Shown in pieces: positions 49,128-55,160 of a DNA stretch of 64,000 bases. The stretch's first letter is position 1. Every line of letters starts with the position of its first letter. The notes under the pieces are model-generated. The model ran no database searches. It was not told the DNA's origin and worked only from the letters and a program-made list of their open reading frames with translations. Made by a program: the position numbers and the translations under genes. The DNA comes from a virus, in the IMG/VR virus record IMGVR_UViG_3300043427_001127, positions 64,001 through 128,000 of that record; one strand, written 5' to 3'.

Positions 49128-49703
49128 ATGTTGTCACAAGGATTAGTTGAAACTGAACACGAAGAGCCTGGATTTGTGATTACTCATCTGTCTTTCAGGA
49201 AACGTGAATCTTCACAACTCTATGGTGGTCCTGTAGATTACTACATCGGCAACATTGTATTTCGTTTGACTAACGAAGATGCGAAAGGTCGCATGGAATA
49301 CATTATGAGAGAGAATGAAAGAGTTCGTGTAGCACCAGACGAGGAGTTACATAACAAGTATTACGATGGTCTTCACTTCAAGTTTGACAGAGAAAAGGAA
49401 GAAGTAAATGAAGATGGTGAAAAGTTTTATAAGCTTGACATCATCAACAAAGAAGGTATCAAAGATGAAGATGTATTCATCTGGGGATACCGTCGCAACA
49501 TGGATCCACTACATGACTTCATTGAATACAATGAGAAGTTCGATTGTTACCGAATGCACGAATACTTTCAAGACACACCAGTAGTTCGTGGTATAATACA
49601 GTATCTCCAAGACATGAAAGATGGTAAACCTAATCCAAGCCGCACGGTCTATCATGAGCAGTTCCTCTCAACGCTCACAAACCTCTGTTGGTGGTGGGAC
49701 TAG
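49128..49703 (+). CDS. hypothetical protein
   Basis: Ends LCWWWD. Confidence 0.75.
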   Translation: MLSQGLVETEHEEPGFVITHLSFRKRESSQLYGGPVDYYIGNIVFRLTNEDAKGRMEYIMRENERVRVAPDEELHNKYYDGLHFKFDREKEEVNEDGEKFYKLDIINKEGIKDEDVFIWGYRRNMDPLHDFIEYNEKFDCYRMHEYFQDTPVVRGIIQYLQDMKDGKPNPSRTVYHEQFLSTLTNLCWWWD

Positions 49704-49836
49704 AACCTGTTCCAAGTGCCACACCGAGCAACCCCTTGACAAGGACCACTACCAAGTGGTAAAATACTTTCGTACAGGATTCTCCTACTACTGCAATGAC
49801 TGCAACAAACCAAAGCCGCGTGAAGACAATCCTTGA
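49654..49836 (+). CDS. small Zn-binding protein
   Basis: CSKC...CNDC. Confidence 0.55.
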   Translation: MSSSSQRSQTSVGGGTRTCSKCHTEQPLDKDHYQVVKYFRTGFSYYCNDCNKPKPREDNP

Positions 49837-50065
49837 TCGTTTTCCATATAGATACGTACAGGCAGGTATCTTAGAGATCAACGGCAAACCTGATTATCGT
49901 ATTCAAAAAATGTGTTCTTACACCAGTCGTTATCGTGATATGTATCTCTGCGACAATGAAATGCAGTTTATGACAGCGATCGAAGATTTTGAGTATACCA
50001 AGTGGCTTGACCCAGACACAGTTCCATGCTATATTAAAGGAGACGACAACGATGAAGATGAGTGA
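49820..50065 (+). CDS. conserved cyanophage hypothetical protein
   Basis: RFPYRYV...NGKPDYRIQK...YTKWLDP; GTG start. Confidence 0.75.
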   Translation: MKTILDRFPYRYVQAGILEINGKPDYRIQKMCSYTSRYRDMYLCDNEMQFMTAIEDFEYTKWLDPDTVPCYIKGDDNDEDE

Positions 50066-50330
50066 TCAAGTTAAATATCAACTAGAGCGAGCGGAAGATG
50101 CTTTGCGTTCTGCTCTTATGATGTTGGATAGTAAAGAGAGTGTTTATGTAATCTCTGCTATTTCTAAGGCATTGATTGAGATTGATAATAGTTTGTTTGC
50201 TGAACGTGCTGCTGAAGGTTCAATCTCTATTACCAAAGAGGAGCAACCTGATGGAAATGTTAAATACGAAATGAACAATACTCCTTTTAAATGGGATAAT
50301 CAAACATCGTTTGTATCCGCAAATAAATAA
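50052..50330 (+). CDS. hypothetical protein
   Basis: ORF coupled to previous gene. Confidence 0.65.
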   Translation: MKMSDQVKYQLERAEDALRSALMMLDSKESVYVISAISKALIEIDNSLFAERAAEGSISITKEEQPDGNVKYEMNNTPFKWDNQTSFVSANK

Positions 50331-50383
50331 GACACGGATGGTCTATAACAGAACTGGTGGAGTCAAGTTACCCTTTGAATGCT

Positions 50384-50563
50384 ATGAACTTTCGTATTGT
50401 TGAGCAACTAGATAATAATGATGAAGTCATTACTTACTTTCAAGTTCATGAACTTGACAATGGTTATCATTGGGAGTATGATGGTGAGCAACATGGTCCT
50501 TTTGGGAACATGCAAGATGCAGTAGATTCTGCATATGACAACTTAATACCTGTCTCGGAATGA
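50384..50563 (+). CDS. small acidic hypothetical protein
   Basis: MNFRIVEQ...HGPFGNMQDA; lies between two related RNA modules. Confidence 0.55.
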   Translation: MNFRIVEQLDNNDEVITYFQVHELDNGYHWEYDGEQHGPFGNMQDAVDSAYDNLIPVSE

Positions 50564-50695
50564 CACTAAACTTGCCCTGGTCGGGTGAACCCCCTTCTGG
50601 TTTCTTGTTTTCCCATTAAAAAACAAGTGGTGCGGATGGGACTCTCTCCCGCCCAGTTTCCTGCCTCTGGTCAAAGGGCAGGTGGCGAGCCGAGC
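50551..50695 (+). ncRNA. structured RNA with duplicated pseudoknot units, probably manA RNA motif
   Basis: CTCGG/CCGAG closure; two units with covarying stems (CTTGTTT/AAACAAG vs CCTGCCT/GGGCAGG); family name from recollection of the cyanophage manA motif, not searched. Confidence 0.65.
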
Positions 50696-50744
50696 AACGG
50701 GGGGTTGACATCCCCCACCCTCTCGGATATAATATGAGGGTCAA

Positions 50745-50821
50745 CGCGGGATGGAACAGTCTGGTAGTTCAGCGGTCTCATAAGCCGCAGGTCGCAGGTT
50801 CAAATCCTGCTCCCGCCCCCA
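50745..50821 (+). tRNA. tRNA-Met(CAT), initiator-like
   Basis: C1:C72 mismatch, loop CTCATAA, encoded CCA; promoter TTGACA-17-TATAAT 50705-50733. Confidence 0.9.
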
Positions 50822-50822
50822 C

Positions 50823-50904
50823 GTCGCTGTGGCGGAATTGGTAGACGCGCTGGGTTTAGGTTCCAGTGAGGTAACTCGTGAAGGTTCAAGTCCTTTCAGC
50901 GACA
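50823..50904 (+). tRNA. tRNA-Leu(TAG)
   Basis: GTCGCTG/CAGCGAC, loop TTTAGGT, long variable arm. Confidence 0.94.
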
Positions 50905-51145
50905 TTGAGAAAGTGATCCTGCGGGTTCGCCCAAGAGCTCTCCTTTCTCAACTATCTGGCCAGGTAGTATAAAGTTAGCCTAGTCCGAGATTGGCACGGT
51001 CGTTATGATATGCTCAAACAGATTGCCTTTCGCAATCAAGCCTCTATCATCCCGTAACTTTAACCTGATTGGTTGAGTTGCAATCTCTCTTTAGGGGGAG
51101 AATGCTCAAAACTACATAGTATCGTAGCAGATATATAGTGTAGTA
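50905..51145 (+). ncRNA. highly structured inter-tRNA RNA(s)
   Basis: Four back-to-back paired domains including a ~105-nt three-way junction; no ORF. Confidence 0.55.
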
Positions 51146-51155
51146 GCGAGCACCT

Positions 51156-51227
51156 GCGGAGTTAGTTCAGCGGTAGAACGCTATCCTTCCAAGTTAGATG
51201 TCGTCGGTTCGATTCCGATACTCCGCT
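51156..51227 (+). tRNA. tRNA-Gly(TCC)
   Basis: GCGGAGT/ACTCCGC, loop CTTCCAA, U73. Confidence 0.94.
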
Positions 51228-51249
51228 CTTATCCCTGAGGATAAATAAC

Positions 51250-51420
51250 ATGTCACTTATTTCACAGAGAGACAGACAAGTTGCCATCAGAGCACTTGAA
51301 ATGTATGCTGCTGAGGCAGAAACTGCAGAGTATTATCTGGGGTCTTCGCATCACTCAGCATCTGAAATCAACGCATTACTTAACTGGATTAGATTAGAGT
51401 ATTACAAACATGAAGATTAA
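51250..51420 (+). CDS. small hypothetical protein (not in ORF track)
   Basis: GAGG RBS; MSLISQRDRQVAIRALE...LLNWIRLEYYKHED*. Confidence 0.7.
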   Translation: MSLISQRDRQVAIRALEMYAAEAETAEYYLGSSHHSASEINALLNWIRLEYYKHED

Positions 51421-51574
51421 TCTGTGGTATTGCGAAACAATGAAACAATGGCGATGGACTCTCGTAGATGACCATCGACCCATTGTTAAAATGGAATCTG
51501 GTCAACGCCCAGATCTACGCGACGCCATGAATGACGTTGCAAATACTGTAGAATATATGTTATCTCAACAGTGA
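51410..51574 (+). CDS. small hypothetical protein (not in ORF track)
   Basis: MKINLWYCETMKQWRWTL...AMNDVANTVEYMLSQQ*. Confidence 0.7.
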   Translation: MKINLWYCETMKQWRWTLVDDHRPIVKMESGQRPDLRDAMNDVANTVEYMLSQQ

Positions 51575-51580
51575 TTTTAT

Positions 51581-51652
51581 TGGAGTGTAGCTCAGCGGTA
51601 GAGCGGTCGGCTGTTAACCGATTGGTCGCAGGTTCGATCCCTGCCACTCCAG
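51581..51652 (+). tRNA. tRNA-Asn(GTT)
   Basis: TGGAGTG/CACTCCA, loop CTGTTAA. Confidence 0.94.
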
Positions 51653-51655
51653 TTC

Positions 51656-51737
51656 GGGTAGGTGTCCGAGTGGTTAATGGAAACGGACTGTAAATCCGTC
51701 GGCTCCGCCTTCGGGGGTTCAAATCCCTCCCTGCCCA
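51656..51737 (+). tRNA. tRNA-Tyr(GTA)
   Basis: GGGTAGG/CCTGCCC, loop CTGTAAA, long variable arm. Confidence 0.94.
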
Positions 51738-51825
51738 CCTTGGGATTATCTTGTAAAACAGCTCCAATGTTTCCTCTTTGAGGTTTAGATTTTTTCCTTG
51801 ACCGCTGTGGGGAAACGGTCAACTT

Positions 51826-51897
51826 GGAATCGTAGCTCAGTGGTAGAGCACTCGGCTGATAACCGAGCGGTCACAAGTTCAAATCTTGTCGGTTCCA
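51826..51897 (+). tRNA. tRNA-Ile(GAT)
   Basis: GGAATCG/CGGTTCC, loop CTGATAA. Confidence 0.93.
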
Positions 51898-51900
51898 TAT

Positions 51901-51916
51901 TGTATAATAGACTACA
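51901..51916 (+). promoter_or_regulatory. NtcA-type binding site overlapping TATAAT
   Basis: TGTA-TAATAGAC-TACA = GTA-N8-TAC consensus. Confidence 0.55.
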
Positions 51917-51939
51917 GTTGTAGATAAATATATACAATA

Positions 51940-52151
51940 CGTTCATCCCTTTGGGACGGAAGTAAGCCGACTCGGAACGGATCGTTCATCTATGGAAGCA
52001 CTCATTCTAACCTGCTTGCAGGCACAACTGATTGCCACCCGAGTTGCTGCGGCAGACATGCCTAAGCAAACTCGCAACGATCTCATATGGGAGGTCAAAC
52101 AGATCTCTCCTAAGGAGTGCAAGATAGACGCAAAAGCCGACTGAAGGAACG
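51940..52151 (+). promoter_or_regulatory. tandem glutamine-riboswitch-like aptamers (glnA / Downstream-peptide class)
   Basis: Two units CGTTCA-[P2]-CG(G/C)AA...AGCCGACT...GGAACG (51940-51979, 51983-52151) upstream of a YRG peptide gene. Confidence 0.75.
51992..52144 (+). CDS. 50-aa ORF nested within the second aptamer
   Basis: MEALILTCLQAQLIATRVAAADMPKQTRNDLIWEVKQISPKECKIDAKAD*. Confidence 0.6.
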   Translation: MEALILTCLQAQLIATRVAAADMPKQTRNDLIWEVKQISPKECKIDAKAD

Positions 52152-52183
52152 CTCTTTAACCTAAAAAACTAAGGAGAAACCTA

Positions 52184-52342
52184 ATGTCACAAGCAACCTA
52201 CAGAGGTTGTCAGTACAACACTGACGTACCTAAGCAAGAATATCAGCGTTGGTATTCACAAACTCATGCACCAGCACATCCACAGAATACATATCGTGGT
52301 GTTGCCTACCGTCCTTGTAAGAACTCGGAGGTAGCACAATGA
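52184..52342 (+). CDS. DUF4278-like YRG-repeat peptide
   Basis: AAGGAG RBS; MSQATYRGCQY...NTYRGVAY. Confidence 0.8.
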   Translation: MSQATYRGCQYNTDVPKQEYQRWYSQTHAPAHPQNTYRGVAYRPCKNSEVAQ

Positions 52343-52425
52343 ACTGGTTGAATCTAATCCGTAGACAGATTGAAAAACAAAAGAGACTAGAGATTGCCCA
52401 ATATCATATGGCAACTCTCGGATAA
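52339..52425 (+). CDS. 28-aa peptide
   Basis: GGAGG RBS, ATGA overlap; MNWLNLIRRQIEKQKRLEIAQYHMATLG*. Confidence 0.6.
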   Translation: MNWLNLIRRQIEKQKRLEIAQYHMATLG

Positions 52426-52427
52426 AG

Positions 52428-52453
52428 CAAAGGGGGCATATGCCCCCTTTTTT
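52428..52453. terminator. bidirectional terminator
   Basis: AAAGGGGGCA-TA-TGCCCCTTTT between convergent genes. Confidence 0.8.
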
Positions 52454-52619
52454 ATTTCCTTAGTGTATGTAAGTATTGAATCATTGCTTCCCTGATATAC
52501 ATTAGCTCGTGGTAGCATTTCTGATTGTGAGCACACTGCCTCAGTTCGTTGTCTGGTTTGTGTACGCTCTCAATAAACAAATCTAATCCTCTGTTCCATT
52601 TGTCGTTGTCTTCAGTCAC
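52452..52619 (-). CDS. conserved cyanophage hypothetical protein
   Basis: KWNRGLDLFIESVHKPD...CAHNQKCY. Confidence 0.7.
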   Translation of the reverse strand: MTEDNDKWNRGLDLFIESVHKPDNELRQCAHNQKCYHELMYIREAMIQYLHTLRK

Positions 52620-52938
52620 GTTGCCTCCAGTCTTCGGGTTTGTCTCTACCTTCAGTAAACCAATCAACCATATCATCTACACTATCAAAACCACGCTTGC
52701 CGAAACGTTCGTGTCCAAGACCACCGATGTCAAGTTGATTTAAAAAATCATCCATATCTCCTTCTTGCATGTCTGGGTTCTCTGCTTTACGTCTTGCTTG
52801 GCGTAGTATTGTTGCAGCAGAACGATTTGCTTTGGCCAGTTTCTCTGCCCAAATCATATCTTCTAAACCTACCGATTCATGCTTGGCAATCTTGCTGCAG
52901 ATACCTTCCAAGCGTAGGCGATATTGTGTAGAGAGCAT
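52612..52938 (-). CDS. conserved cyanophage hypothetical protein
   Basis: MLSTQYRLRLEGIC...DMIWAEKLAKAN...DWRQRD. Confidence 0.75.
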   Translation of the reverse strand: MLSTQYRLRLEGICSKIAKHESVGLEDMIWAEKLAKANRSAATILRQARRKAENPDMQEGDMDDFLNQLDIGGLGHERFGKRGFDSVDDMVDWFTEGRDKPEDWRQRD

Positions 52939-52957
52939 GTGCAATCTCCATATAGGG

Positions 52958-53158
52958 TTATTTAGCATTAATCATTGCTTCTAAATCGTTGATTTTACTG
53001 AACTCTTGGTATGCTTTCTCAGAGCGTTCAGATAGAATGTCTAAAATATCTTCAACGATTACTTCGTTGTCAATGTATTCATCCAAATACTTGTCCAACG
53101 CTTCCTTTAGATAGCGTTTGCGATGCCACTCAGCTGAGTATGGTTTGTAGTGCGTCAT
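52958..53158 (-). CDS. hypothetical protein
   Basis: YKPYSAEWHRKRYL; minus-strand TTGACA-17-TATAAT at 53182-53210. Confidence 0.7.
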   Translation of the reverse strand: MTHYKPYSAEWHRKRYLKEALDKYLDEYIDNEVIVEDILDILSERSEKAYQEFSKINDLEAMINAK

Positions 53159-53206
53159 AACAAAACAGATATATGTGGCTGATTATAAGATATATATGTG
53201 ATTTTG

Positions 53207-54271
53207 TCAACTGGGATATGCGTGAGTCAACCCCCAGTAAATAAACAATCCTATCGCTCCAAACAAACAGATACTAGTGAGAGCTAGGTGGTTCATCTTT
53301 CATTTCCTCGTATGCTAGTTTTAAGATGTAATAGATGACATAGGCAGTACCTGCTAATCCTACTCCTAGAATAGCAAACACTCCCCAAGGTAAGTTACTC
53401 ATGTTCATCCTCGTAGGTAGATGGTTCTTCAAATAACTCGTCCATCTTTTGTTGGAAAACTATTTCTTGTAGTTCTTGTAAGTCTTCTTCGGTAAGAGTT
53501 ATCATTTGTCCTTAAGTATTTCTTCTATTCTTTTACGCATGTTTGTGCTATCTTGTTTCATGTAATCTCTACATGAATAACCACGCTGCCCTTTGATGAT
53601 ACATGTTCCTTGATAAAACATGGTGGCAGCAAACACTAGCAGGAAAACTATTCCTATTATTTCAGGGTAATGCTGAGCCATGGTAGCAGAGGTGGTATTA
53701 CTCCAATGAGTCTAAGAAGACCCTCAGCAAAAAGTGCAAGAACAACCCAACCAATACACATTGAAGTAATCGCAGCATTACGATTGTGTCTTCGTATTGC
53801 ATCATCAATCATCTCCTTCACTTCTTCTTTCGTTACTTGTGTCATGGATTTTAGCGATTCCTATAATGGGAAACATTACAAGGGCAAAGCAAAGGATGCC
53901 CAAACTGACGGGATTATTTAAGATTTCAACTATCAGATGAGTCATCTTTCTTTACATTGATGTAACATTCAAGTGGCTTCTGAGTCTCTGCATCAAAGTT
54001 CTGGTCTAGGTAGACACAAAGTTTATTGATGATTTTGATATACTCGTCGTGCATCCAATCACTACCAGTTTCGTGGTAGGCATAGTGCTTACATGCTGTG
54101 ATGATTCTATTAACGTCTCTACTTGATAGGTTATACATTTGATTATCCTTCGTAATACATTATAATGTCGCCGTGTTTTCTGTGAAAATCAAGGTGCTTT
54201 TTGCCCCATGGTATAGTCCTCCATTCAGTTTTTCCATTCCAAAGTAATAGGCAAATGTGAATGTATCTCAT
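53207..54271 (-). other. array of eight overlapping micro-ORFs, five with a single TM helix
   Basis: 53207-53296, 53274-53402, 53395-53505, 53502-53681, 53657-53845, 53805-53945, 53926-54138, 54143-54271; chained by start/stop overlaps. Confidence 0.6.
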
Positions 54272-54394
54272 ACACCTGTAGTATAACGAGCTATTTAGAT
54301 GGGTCAATATACCTATCAGAGTTTCCTAACAAAAGGGGGCTTGACAGGGGCGCTGAGATGCTATATACTATGTAAAGATTTATGACAAACGTAA

Positions 54395-54598
54395 ATGACT
54401 GTTACGACAAATGAGTATGGCCAGCAAAACATGTGGGCCAAAGAACCTGAAATGGTTTACCAAGAATACAATCGCAAGGGTCTTATGACTCCTATGCAAA
54501 CTACGGAGATGTACAATGGACGCTGGGCTATGGTCGGTATTATTGCTGGGTTCATTTCTTATGTTGGCACTGGCAAACTCTTCTTCGGCATCTTCTGA
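54395..54598 (+). CDS. hli: high-light inducible protein
   Basis: EMYNGRWAMVG chlorophyll-binding motif; promoter TTGACA-17-TATACT 54341-54369. Confidence 0.93.
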   Translation: MTVTTNEYGQQNMWAKEPEMVYQEYNRKGLMTPMQTTEMYNGRWAMVGIIAGFISYVGTGKLFFGIF

Positions 54599-54612
54599 CT
54601 GAGGGCTTGACA

Positions 54613-54699
54613 ATGACTTCGCTTTTGTTTACAATGACTTCGGTTGCCTTCTTCGTATTGCTGGCAATCTCCGTAGAAAAACTTTGTGAGACTTATTGA
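54613..54699 (+). CDS. 28-aa hydrophobic peptide
   Basis: [28 protein letters not shown], stop overlaps petF ATG. Confidence 0.5.
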   Translation: MTSLLFTMTSVAFFVLLAISVEKLCETY

Positions 54700-54992
54700 T
54701 GGCTACCTATTCCATTACTCTTCAATCCCCCGATGGCACTGAGCAAACTATTCAGTGCCCTGACGACCAATATATTCTTGATGCTGCTGAGTTTGCAGGT
54801 ATCGACCTACCTTCCAGTTGCCGTGCGGGTGCTTGTAGTGCCTGTGCTGGTAAACTAATCAGCGGCACTGTTGATAACGAGGAGCAATCCTTCCTTGATG
54901 ATGAACAAATGGCAGATGGTTGTGTTCTAACTTGTGTAGCATATCCCACCAGCGACTGTGTTATTCTGACTGAACAAGAAGAAAATCTTTAA
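54699..54992 (+). CDS. petF: plant-type [2Fe-2S] ferredoxin
   Basis: CRAGACSAC...EQSFLDD...LTCVAYP. Confidence 0.97.
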   Translation: MATYSITLQSPDGTEQTIQCPDDQYILDAAEFAGIDLPSSCRAGACSACAGKLISGTVDNEEQSFLDDEQMADGCVLTCVAYPTSDCVILTEQEENL

Positions 54993-55007
54993 TCTAGGAG
55001 AACTACT

Positions 55008-55127
55008 ATGAAATTCGGATTCACCCCTGAGGCAGAGATCCTCAATGCTCGCCTGGCAATGCTCGGTTTTGTCATTGCTGTTGGCACTTATCTCACTACA
55101 GGTCAGATTATTCCTGGAGTGCTCTGA
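55008..55127 (+). CDS. hli: high-light inducible protein (short; not in ORF track)
   Basis: AGGAG RBS; MKFGFTPEAEILNARLAMLGF...TGQIIPGVL*. Confidence 0.92.
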   Translation: MKFGFTPEAEILNARLAMLGFVIAVGTYLTTGQIIPGVL

Positions 55128-55133
55128 TACTTT

Positions 55134-55160
55134 AAAGGGGGTCGTAAGACCCCCTTTTTT
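55134..55160. terminator. bidirectional terminator
   Basis: AAAGGGGGTC-GTAA-GACCCCCTTTTT. Confidence 0.88.

Noticed and set aside
51486-51822. Minus-strand ORFs of 93 and 76 aa
   Set aside because: They are the reverse complement of tRNA-Asn and tRNA-Tyr.
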